Source: Desulfocapsa sulfexigens DSM 10523 (lineage in GTDB: Bacteria; Desulfobacterota; Desulfobulbia; Desulfobulbales; Desulfocapsaceae). Taken from it: DNA of 32,000 nt. The DNA lies in the NCBI RefSeq assembly GCF_000341395.1, contig NC_020304.1, positions 480,001-512,000 of the forward strand, given 5' to 3'. Each line of letters begins with the position of its first letter. Position 1 is the stretch's first letter. Shown in pieces: positions 8,689 to 16,837 of this stretch. The notes below the pieces were generated by a model. That model saw nothing but the letters and a program-made list of their open reading frames with translations, did not search any database and had not been told where the DNA came from. The translations under genes were made by a program, and so were the position numbers.

Positions 8689-10296
8689 GGATAAAATATC
8701 TATCTGCAGGGTACCGGTGACGATTCCGCCATTACCATCGCTTGCGTTGTAATCAAGGGAAGCGGCACCATGGTAGTTGGCGTGGGGGTAAAAGTATATA
8801 AACCGTTCTCTTCACTCACCACTCCGCCATTGACGTTTACGATACCCGTGAGGGTTACATTGTCTCCATCCACGTCCTGAAGAAAGCGTTCAATGGTTGA
8901 AGCATCAAAGGTGATGGCCTGATCTTCGTTTGTGGATAGAGTGTCTGTGAGGATCTCCGGAGCATCATTGCTTCCTGTCACCTCCACGCCGACAAAAGCA
9001 GTTGATTCAAGACCTTCATCATCCTTAATCGTGTAATTGAATCCGGCTTCGGCGCCAAAGTAGTTGGAGTTGGGGGTAAAAGTGATGTTGTTGTTCGCGT
9101 CAACTGAGACGCTCCCATGCTCAGCATCACCCACCGAGACAAAATGTACAGATCCTCCTTCCGGATCACTGTCGTTTGCCAGCAGATCTCCAACGGCAAT
9201 TAACAGCGGTGTTTCCTCCGTGGTCTGAAAACTGTCTGCACCCATGGCAACGGGATCATTGACCGGCAATATCTCAAACTCAAGGTGACCCTGCACCGTG
9301 CCCCGATGGCTGTCATTGGCCTGATAGTCAAACGATGCGATGCCGGAATATCCTGCTTCGGGGATAAACTTGAAGAAGCCGTTTTCTACAACAACACTGC
9401 CGTGCTCAATATTGGTGATGAAATCGAGATGCAACTGATCGCCATCGGCATCGCTTACAAACCTGGCAATCTCTTCCGGGCAGAAGGTGATGGGTTCGTC
9501 TTCGTTGATTGCGGGGTAGGTAGTGCTGCTTACCTGGGGCGCTTCCCGCTGGTCCAGGACTTCAATGGCGGCAAAGCCGGTGCTGAGATTGTCGGACTGA
9601 TCCGTGACGGTGTAAGAAAATCCCGCTTCGGTTCCCGCATAATCAGCATCCGGGATAAAGGTGACAGTACCGCTCGTATCCATGCTTACCTGGCCGTGTC
9701 TGGCACCATGGACCCCTGTCAACTGGATTGTTTCTCCGTCGTATTCGTGGTCATTGGCCAGGAGTTTGTCTACCGTGGTTGTCAGGGAGTGATCTTCGAG
9801 GATAATAAACCTGTCGTCGGTGGGTACTGGACCGAGATTTTCATCAAGTATGGTGAGGCTGGCCTCTCCCCTTTGCGGGTAGGTACCGTCGTGGGCCATA
9901 TAACTGAAATTCAGGGTTCCGGTGAAACCCTTTTCGGGAGTGAAGAGTAAACGGTTATTTATCTCAGTAATTGTCCCATGTTCAAGACCACGAAAATGAT
10001 CAAGGGTGATTGGATCGCCATCGGCATCGCTGTCATTGGTAAGCAGTTGATCCAGATAAAAGGAGTCTCCTTCATAAATGATGAAATGATCCGGGTTCAG
10101 TTCCGGCAGGTCGTTTTGATCTTCAACCACGATTAAGGCACGACGGGTGATGGTTTCTCCACTTGGGCCAAGTAAGGTGTATTCAAAGGAGGCCGTTCCT
10201 GCAAAGCCCTCGTCCGCCGCAAAACGCAGATCTCCATTAACATCTTCGTACAGTGTGCCGTGTTGTACGTTGCCGTAAGAAAGAAGGGTGTAGGAT
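6038..10296 (-). repeat. 15 tandem coding repeats (~95-100 codons each) of cadherin/Ig-like 'tandem-95'-type units, alternating between two subtypes
   Basis: Counted by eye from the translations. Subtype A reads (..TTDE....LLANDxDxDG..L.F...G..HG.V......I.FTP...Y.G...F.YTV.D..G......V.V...NDAP). Subtype B reads (EI......NEDQ.I.F......F..D.DGD............GG.V.E.NG.YTFTP...YHG...LDY.A.D..G..V.G.L.I.I..VNDAT). Confidence 0.7.
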
Positions 10297-13200
10297 TCTG
10301 CAGACGAACTGTACGATGTTTCCTGAACAAGGCTGCTTGCCAGAAAGCGAAGGCTTGAATCCTGCACCATGGAAAAGTAGACTCCCTGGCTGGTGCCTTC
10401 AGGAAGTGGAGGTGCTTCAAAACCGGAAGGCAGATCCGTCTCGCTTATCAGGATGTTATTGGTAAGGAGTACATCAACCGGTTTCTGGTCGGGATAAAAG
10501 TACTCGTAAAAATCGCTTGCGGATAATTCCTGCCACCACTCAGGGATATTGGAATAGGAAGTGGCGGGTAGTGCGGGTGCCTTTGCAAAGGAGAAACCGG
10601 ATACGCCGCTCTGTTCCGCAAAGGGATCGAAGGTGCTGCCAAGGCCGGGTAGCTGCGAAGAGAGGATCGCCTGCAGGTCTGTCTCGTCAGTGATAGGGGG
10701 AATAGTGTTACTGTCCGTGGGCTGCGCACTTTGCTGTTCGTAGGGGCCATTCCCGTTTGTCAGGTAACTTTCAAGGGCAGCCGCATCCAGCGGTTTTACA
10801 TAATCTATATTGGTTTCCGGGTGTTCTATCTGTCCATAAAAGGCAGAGGCACAGGCCTGATCGACATCAAGGCCCAAGCCCATGGCCAGCAGCAGCCCTG
10901 AAGCCCCTGCAAAGTTATGTTGCAGACTGACGGCAGAAAGGAGCTTTCCGACGGTTTGTGAGGGGCGTTGCTCCGGGGTCAGGGGCAGGGATTTGATATC
11001 CTTATCACCGGCGACAAAGTGCTGCCCCTGGGGGCCGTTGGCGTTGCCGCCTCCTGTAAACACACCGTTGCCGTAGGTAACCCCTACCCGGGGAGTCCAG
11101 GATTCCCCATAGGTATAGGTCATGCCCCGTTTCACAAAGCCCATGGCGGCAAGGCTCGCGTCTACCTTCGCAAAATCTATATTGCCGCTACTGTCACGGG
11201 CAAGTTTAATGGCATCGTCTACCCTGTCGCCACGGTCTCTTGCGTAGAGGGCACCGCGCATATCCAACCCTAAGCGTGATCTGTCAGCTACACTGATCAC
11301 TACTTTACCGCCATACTCAGAGGTGTATTTAATCTCCGGGTCTTTTCCTGCTTCCATGCGCAGGGATGGTAAACTACCATCGATGGTAACCCTGCCTCCC
11401 AATTCTTTGTATTTCTGGATTATGGCAATGAGTGGGGAGCCTGCTGCTCGCACGCTCTCTTTCATATCAGAATCGCCATGGACATCCATAATTACGTTGC
11501 CGTTTTCATCGAGGGCGAAGTCGGCTGTGGCTGAAGGGGGATCTTCGGTCATCAGCATATTGGCTATCTGAAGGACTGCTGCCGCTGCCCATCCCCAGGG
11601 GCCACAGGCCATTAGGACTGTGGTTGCAGCGGTGACCGCCGCACCCCTTACATCACCCATAGCTAGTTGGGCGCCTATGGCTAGGATGGACATAACGGGA
11701 ATGCTACCGGCGATACTGCCGGTGGTGCCCAGCAGACTGCCTACGCTGCCAAGGCCACCGCTGATGACACCTAAACCGTCTACAACACCCGCGATGGCAT
11801 TGTAGGTCATTATGGCGTTATTAACGGTACTGACAGTCTGATAGGCAATCCTGACAGCATCACCAGACTCCAGCACATCATCGAAGGAAGCGATGTTGCT
11901 GGCAAGGCCTATGGCTGAGCCTATGCCGCTCATGGTGTTTTCACCAAGGTTTATCGAATCAGAATACTGATCTATTCCACGTATAAGTTCAGTAGAAGAA
12001 CTGGCAATTCCCCAGCCGTCTCCGTCTTCAATGGCATCAGCCAAGGCAAATCCAGCGGAGGCGATATTGAGTGCGGTGGCCCCAGATCCGACACCTTCAG
12101 CGTCGAGAAAACCGCCGCCGTTTGCATCCATATAGCTTTCAATATCACGCAGAAGATCAATACTGTTGCCGGCAATTCCCCAGCCGTCTCCTTCATCTAC
12201 TGCCTGCCCGAATCCTATTCCGTGTTCGATGCCGTCTACTATGGCTTCGCTTCCATTGGATTCACTCAGAAACCCGTCACCTCCACCCGGCAGTGCATCG
12301 GCATAATCGTCAAGGCCGGATACAAACCCTGCACCTGTACGGGCCATATCCCAACCGTTTCCGGTGTTTATTGCGTCCCGTAGATCGCTCTCCGAGCTCA
12401 TGAGATTAAGAAATTCTTTATTTAAATCTGCTTGTGGAATTTGTTGTTCGGATTCTTCTGCTTCTGCTTCAGATTGAACTGTATCAGATTCTTCTTTAGT
12501 AACAGCTATCTGGTCTGTTTGGTTCTGAGAATAGGGTACTCCATCCGCTATAAGTAAATCTGGATTTTCCAGTTGCTGCAACCGTGTTTCGGCCTGCTCA
12601 AAGCTAATGTCAAGACGCTCAGCTACTCGACCAACAACCTCCTCATAGGATAGATTTGACGAGTCTTTATCAGAATGAGTCACATCATATACAACAACCT
12701 TGGCCTCAAATAACTCGATCATTAGCGGCAGATAAAGGATACCGTAAACTCCTAAACCATCTATACTTTCTTGGGGAAGATTGCCCAAATCTTCTAGAAG
12801 CTGTATATCAGCCTCGTGCAGTAGCGCCGCTTCATTTGGTTGGTTTTCTGCTTTCTCATAAGCGAAATCATGTGTCATGCAACACTTATCAACATCATCA
12901 ACTCCTTCTACCCATGGGTTTTCAGACGGTGGAGCATACTCCCTGCTCGTCCGCTCCCCAGCAAACCAACCTGGGCCGCAATACAACCCATAAGTTGGAA
13001 CAAGAATTTTCAAATAATCTGTAAATGTCGGATTAACCCAGTATTCAGTGTTGTCTTCTAACTCCGTTTGTGGTGGCTCCTCTTCAGAGCTTGATGTTCC
13101 ACTTTGATTGTTTCTGAGTAAATGCTCTGCAAATGAATCATCATTAGATGCAAGCAAAATTGGGTTTCCATCCGCATCGGTCATGGGGGTAGGCAAAGGG

Positions 13201-14366
13201 AATTCCCAATCTTCAGGTGGGATAACAATTTCATAACCAGCTTTAATCTGATCAGGATTATCTATTTCCAGGTTAAAAATGAGGATGTTTTCTACTGTGG
13301 TGTTATTGGCTTTTGCTAATTCAGAAAGGGTATCACCTGGCTGGATGGTGTAATTGTCAAAAGCTTGCGTTGTTTGCCCGGAGCTATTGCTGCCATGATA
13401 ATCTGTTTGCGGTGGGGGGGGATTCTCAATGTTATTATTTAAAGGTGTATCTCCTTTAGAGTCAATGACGGAGACTTTAATGTTGGAATCAGATTGATAG
13501 TCAATGGTGATTTTGTCATTGGGGTTGAAAGGAATTGTCTGTTGATTGTCATCTGTACCGATATAAACGATACCGCTGGCATCCTCCTTGTATTCAACAC
13601 TCCAATTGTTGTCTGGGTCGAGTATAATTGCTGGAGAGCCATCATCATGGTATAACACTTCAGCTTTGGGGTTATCCTGGATATTGGTGAACCGTATTCC
13701 ATCGGAACCCTCCAGTTGCGTGATGATATGTCCCTGTTGCCGCAGAGAATCGACAACTTCCAGATTGCTTTCCAATGGCAGGTCACTGGTCAGGGTACCA
13801 GAGGTCATGTTGAAGGTTATTGTTTCGGGAGATGACGGGAGCGCGTCTGTTGTGTCTTCATGCCCTCTATCTTTAATCTCAGTCACTTTACCCCAAGTCC
13901 AATCCACACCGGTGTTAACGAGGCTACCGGCAACAATACCGACCAGCGGTGCAATGGGTGCAAGCGGTGTACTGCCCACTGCTCCTGTCACAACAATTTG
14001 CGCGACAGTCCCGGCTGTACTCGATAAAGTTGCCTGCATTATCCCTTCCTCTTTGGCACTGATGGCAATATCCAGAATTGCGCCGGGACCTGCACTGTTA
14101 AGATGAAGGAGCAACTTGCCACCGACAGGTAATGAGCCTCCAGCTTCAGCCAGTGTTTGTTCCATGGCTGTCTGTACTCGATCACGTGCGAGAGCGGTAA
14201 ATACTGCTGGACCGGGAAGAAGATCAGAGAGGTCCCCTGTTTCCATTTCCAAACCATGACAACCAGTTATATCAACAGCATATTCTGAAGCATTGATTTT
14301 GGTTATCTCAGCCTGGGGCAAAACATCAGGTGATTCTGTGGTATCTGTTTTATGATCTTCATTCAT
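8700..14366 (-). CDS. N-terminal portion of the same giant toxin: LysM, phospholipase-A2-like head, shared ~600-aa core and cadherin-like repeats 1-6
   Basis: 1888-aa ORF. LysM: YTIQPGDTLSELAKANNTTVENILIFNLEIDNPDQIKAGYEIVIP. PLA2-type signature: YGLYCGPGW...VDKCCMTHDFAYEKA. The core is shared with ORF 17890..20457. Repeats follow with VNDAP and LLANDxD motifs. The ORF ends in out-of-frame sequence after a C5 run. Confidence 0.85.
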   Translation of the reverse strand: MNEDHKTDTTESPDVLPQAEITKINASEYAVDITGCHGLEMETGDLSDLLPGPAVFTALARDRVQTAMEQTLAEAGGSLPVGGKLLLHLNSAGPGAILDIAISAKEEGIMQATLSSTAGTVAQIVVTGAVGSTPLAPIAPLVGIVAGSLVNTGVDWTWGKVTEIKDRGHEDTTDALPSSPETITFNMTSGTLTSDLPLESNLEVVDSLRQQGHIITQLEGSDGIRFTNIQDNPKAEVLYHDDGSPAIILDPDNNWSVEYKEDASGIVYIGTDDNQQTIPFNPNDKITIDYQSDSNIKVSVIDSKGDTPLNNNIENPPPPQTDYHGSNSSGQTTQAFDNYTIQPGDTLSELAKANNTTVENILIFNLEIDNPDQIKAGYEIVIPPEDWEFPLPTPMTDADGNPILLASNDDSFAEHLLRNNQSGTSSSEEEPPQTELEDNTEYWVNPTFTDYLKILVPTYGLYCGPGWFAGERTSREYAPPSENPWVEGVDDVDKCCMTHDFAYEKAENQPNEAALLHEADIQLLEDLGNLPQESIDGLGVYGILYLPLMIELFEAKVVVYDVTHSDKDSSNLSYEEVVGRVAERLDISFEQAETRLQQLENPDLLIADGVPYSQNQTDQIAVTKEESDTVQSEAEAEESEQQIPQADLNKEFLNLMSSESDLRDAINTGNGWDMARTGAGFVSGLDDYADALPGGGDGFLSESNGSEAIVDGIEHGIGFGQAVDEGDGWGIAGNSIDLLRDIESYMDANGGGFLDAEGVGSGATALNIASAGFALADAIEDGDGWGIASSSTELIRGIDQYSDSINLGENTMSGIGSAIGLASNIASFDDVLESGDAVRIAYQTVSTVNNAIMTYNAIAGVVDGLGVISGGLGSVGSLLGTTGSIAGSIPVMSILAIGAQLAMGDVRGAAVTAATTVLMACGPWGWAAAAVLQIANMLMTEDPPSATADFALDENGNVIMDVHGDSDMKESVRAAGSPLIAIIQKYKELGGRVTIDGSLPSLRMEAGKDPEIKYTSEYGGKVVISVADRSRLGLDMRGALYARDRGDRVDDAIKLARDSSGNIDFAKVDASLAAMGFVKRGMTYTYGESWTPRVGVTYGNGVFTGGGNANGPQGQHFVAGDKDIKSLPLTPEQRPSQTVGKLLSAVSLQHNFAGASGLLLAMGLGLDVDQACASAFYGQIEHPETNIDYVKPLDAAALESYLTNGNGPYEQQSAQPTDSNTIPPITDETDLQAILSSQLPGLGSTFDPFAEQSGVSGFSFAKAPALPATSYSNIPEWWQELSASDFYEYFYPDQKPVDVLLTNNILISETDLPSGFEAPPLPEGTSQGVYFSMVQDSSLRFLASSLVQETSYSSSAESYTLLSYGNVQHGTLYEDVNGDLRFAADEGFAGTASFEYTLLGPSGETITRRALIVVEDQNDLPELNPDHFIIYEGDSFYLDQLLTNDSDADGDPITLDHFRGLEHGTITEINNRLLFTPEKGFTGTLNFSYMAHDGTYPQRGEASLTILDENLGPVPTDDRFIILEDHSLTTTVDKLLANDHEYDGETIQLTGVHGARHGQVSMDTSGTVTFIPDADYAGTEAGFSYTVTDQSDNLSTGFAAIEVLDQREAPQVSSTTYPAINEDEPITFCPEEIARFVSDADGDQLHLDFITNIEHGSVVVENGFFKFIPEAGYSGIASFDYQANDSHRGTVQGHLEFEILPVNDPVAMGADSFQTTEETPLLIAVGDLLANDSDPEGGSVHFVSVGDAEHGSVSVDANNNITFTPNSNYFGAEAGFNYTIKDDEGLESTAFVGVEVTGSNDAPEILTDTLSTNEDQAITFDASTIERFLQDVDGDNVTLTGIVNVNGGVVSEENGLYTFTPTPTTMVPLPLITTQAMVMAESSPVPCR
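10592..12410 (-). repeat. Shared toxin core, copy 1 (direct repeat of 17892..19665)
   Basis: Nucleotide alignment by eye at a constant +7300 offset over the 3' ~1 kb. It includes perfect-identity blocks at 10879..11057 and 11224..11371. The ORF track lists identical 64-aa antisense ORFs at 10882..11076 and 18182..18376. Confidence 0.9.
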
Positions 14367-14378
14367 AATTCATCCCCA

Positions 14379-15521
14379 TTAATCCCTTATTGTACGACTG
14401 TTGTTTGTCTTGGTTGGGTGTTCAGGATACTGTTGAACTTCAGGATTTTCACATTGCTGTTTGATCAGGTTGAAAATTGTACCCTCAGCTATTTCCGAGT
14501 TTGTCTGGAATATTGCTCTATAACTGGCTATTTTTTCGTTTTCATTCGCCCAGTTGTCCTCAGGGAGACGCAACAGGGTATCTTCCCGGGCCTGGAGAAA
14601 TTCCTTCACCAGATCACCGGAACAATCAAGATGCCCCAAGGAATAATCCTCATAAATCAATTTTGTGCAGGCACCACGTAGATATATATGCAGGACATAC
14701 CACCATTCATTCTGGAACGTTGCATAATCATTATATACTTGAGGGCTAGTCTCTTTAGTATGTTCACGTAACTTTAGAAAAAGCTGAAAGTGGCGCCTTA
14801 GATTTTTCATATACTCTGTACCGATTTCCCTTTTATAATAATCAACGCCATATCTTTTTTTAAGGTACTCTGCCATAAATAGGTAGTACGCCTTAGCTGA
14901 TCTGAAAAATAGCTTATAACGCCGCTGCCGATTTATTTTATCTTTCATGGGGAGCGTGGCGAGCGGCTCAAGGTGATGACTTACATCTCCGAAATACTGT
15001 TCATATCCCGTTGTTGAGTATACCCACTTGCCCTCATCATCCAGGTAATTAGACATATCGTCCTTTATGGGATTTAGCAGATAATAATTACCAAACCAGT
15101 GAAGCTCCCGTTCCCCATCATCTTCAGGGAGTATTTTCCAGCCTATATTGAAAAGTCCGTCTCGTACCATCCGAACAGGTTTTAAAATGATACTTTTAGG
15201 GCCAACCACTTTTGCCATGGGATAAATGCAAAACACCGAGATGGTAAAAGAGGTCACCATAAATGTCTTACCCAGGAAAAATGGGCGACCAGCTGTCTGT
15301 TTGGAGATCAGTGTTACCCAGCCAACCAGAAGGACTATACCGACAAATCGGGTAGTTTTTTTCAGTATCTGTTTGCCGGTTAACGGTTTTTTTGGTGATT
15401 TCTCAGGGATATAATCTTCAGTAGCCTTTTCCTGAAGATCGTTATCCATATATCCACAAACACAATGAACGGAGCTGTCATCATTATTTATTTCACCACA
15501 TTCTGGACATTCCCAACTCAT
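14379..15521 (-). CDS. Hypothetical membrane protein with N-terminal zinc ribbon (candidate immunity or accessory protein)
   Basis: 380 aa. It has a CPECG..(11)..CVCG zinc-ribbon motif, two hydrophobic helices (FVGIVLLVGWVTLI and VTSFTISVFCIYPMAKVV) and a ~270-aa C-terminal domain I do not recognise. Its stop lies 12 nt upstream of the giant toxin ATG. Confidence 0.7.
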   Translation of the reverse strand: MSWECPECGEINNDDSSVHCVCGYMDNDLQEKATEDYIPEKSPKKPLTGKQILKKTTRFVGIVLLVGWVTLISKQTAGRPFFLGKTFMVTSFTISVFCIYPMAKVVGPKSIILKPVRMVRDGLFNIGWKILPEDDGERELHWFGNYYLLNPIKDDMSNYLDDEGKWVYSTTGYEQYFGDVSHHLEPLATLPMKDKINRQRRYKLFFRSAKAYYLFMAEYLKKRYGVDYYKREIGTEYMKNLRRHFQLFLKLREHTKETSPQVYNDYATFQNEWWYVLHIYLRGACTKLIYEDYSLGHLDCSGDLVKEFLQAREDTLLRLPEDNWANENEKIASYRAIFQTNSEIAEGTIFNLIKQQCENPEVQQYPEHPTKTNNSRTIRD

Positions 15522-15673
15522 AAAAATTCCATACCGTATAATTTCCTGCTCCTACTGACTCTTTTATGCTTTTAGTAGTGTATGCCTTTGGTAAAAACAC
15601 ACGATTTATTATTGACCAGAAAGTTGCCCCAACAATCAGAGAGGCTATGACGAAGCTGGTGCTGTCACGAACT

Positions 15674-16837
15674 TTAATCTCTTTCTGGTGACGCTATACC
15701 TTGGTCAATAGCCTGTAAGTTTTTTGGCTTTAAAGACTGCCACTCTTTCTGTTGCTGAGGGAGTTTGATTTCGAACAGGTCTGTACCGTCACTGTTAATG
15801 CTCCAGTAGCTTAAAATTCTATTACGGTCTTTATCATCCTGGAAAATCACTCTTGAGCCATCTAGAGATATTGCGGCATCAGCAATATAACTTTTCATCA
15901 TCGTTAGACGGTTGTTTTTTCCATCACGTTGCTTAATAAACAAATCATAATTAAAGCCTTTTTTCCCTGGATCTAATCCCTGTTTCTTATCTATTCCGTT
16001 TGTTATGGCTTTATACAGTATCTCCTCATGTTTTGTAATTCCAACCAATTTGGAGAATTTATAGTTCTTATGATAACTCTCAATCTCAATGAAAGGTTCT
16101 AAATCTAGTGCGTCGGGTACGTTTAATCTGTCGATGATAAATATCATATTATCCCAATATTTATTATAAAACGCATCAGACTCCTCGCTGTTTATTGACA
16201 GTGGGTATAATCCTGAGAAAATAATTTTCTCACCATCAGGTAAATAAAAACAATTTCCCAATTGATAATACTTATAAAAAGTCAACTGTGTCCTTTCCTC
16301 TCCACCAATATCCATCTCCCAGATATCCCAATGCTTATAACGGGTCTTCCCCCTATTGCGAATTTCGGCTGGCTTTTTGTAGAGAATACGTTTTGCATCA
16401 GGAGAAAAGGTGGGCCAAAATCGCATTCCCCAATCAGGGGTAATGATTTCATAGCTGAAATCACTCAAATCCATTATGGCAAACTTCTTTTTATCCCAGT
16501 GCAATCCCTTTTCGGTAACCTGACTGATTGTGAAAACCAGCTTCGTTCCGTCCCATGAGTAAGATGGTTTGCTCCAGCCTTGATTTTTCGGCGTTTCAAA
16601 TAGGGAGAACTTTTCACTGGCAAAATCATAAAAACCGATGGTTCTGGTGTGGCGCTCTTTGTCCAACCCGTAATATTGGTAAGAGAATGCCATTGTCTGT
16701 CCATCCGGCGATAATGCCAGTCCACTCATCATTTCGGGTTGGCGTACATTTCTCACAACAGAACATCCTCCTAAACTGGCAGCAAATAGCACTATAATGG
16801 TAATATAATGCACCATATAGATTGGTTTAATTAGCAA
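15674..16837 (-). CDS. TolB/PD40-like beta-propeller lipoprotein
   Basis: 387 aa. Lipobox FAASLGGC. Repeated PD40-type motifs: SPDGQTMAFS, SWDGTKLVFT, FSPDAKRILY, LPDGEKIIFS, SLDGSRVIFQ, NSDGTDLFEI. The listed start is TTG at 16837; an alternative ATG lies at 16816. Confidence 0.8.
   Translation of the reverse strand: MLIKPIYMVHYITIIVLFAASLGGCSVVRNVRQPEMMSGLALSPDGQTMAFSYQYYGLDKERHTRTIGFYDFASEKFSLFETPKNQGWSKPSYSWDGTKLVFTISQVTEKGLHWDKKKFAIMDLSDFSYEIITPDWGMRFWPTFSPDAKRILYKKPAEIRNRGKTRYKHWDIWEMDIGGEERTQLTFYKYYQLGNCFYLPDGEKIIFSGLYPLSINSEESDAFYNKYWDNMIFIIDRLNVPDALDLEPFIEIESYHKNYKFSKLVGITKHEEILYKAITNGIDKKQGLDPGKKGFNYDLFIKQRDGKNNRLTMMKSYIADAAISLDGSRVIFQDDKDRNRILSYWSINSDGTDLFEIKLPQQQKEWQSLKPKNLQAIDQGIASPERD

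Noticed and set aside
8784-8788. Programmed -1 ribosomal frameshifting as the explanation for the split toxin gene.
   Set aside because: There is no canonical X XXY YYZ slippery heptamer (only ACC CCC ACG), and I saw no obvious downstream stimulatory structure. A homopolymer indel, either a sequencing error or a mutation, is more parsimonious. It remains a minor alternative in the frameshift finding.
10882-11076. Identical 64-aa plus-strand ORFs at 10882..11076 and 18182..18376, which could look like a conserved small gene.
   Set aside because: The identity comes from the 179-bp perfect block shared by the two minus-strand toxin cores. The ORFs are antisense to conserved coding sequence.
5011-14106. 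Numerous plus-strand ORFs of 60-255 aa (for example 6436..7203, 9285..9950, 13588..14106) lying inside the giant minus-strand gene.
   Set aside because: They are antisense to a long ORF with clear domain and repeat structure. Their translations are low-complexity and show no recognisable motifs. I treat them as shadow ORFs.
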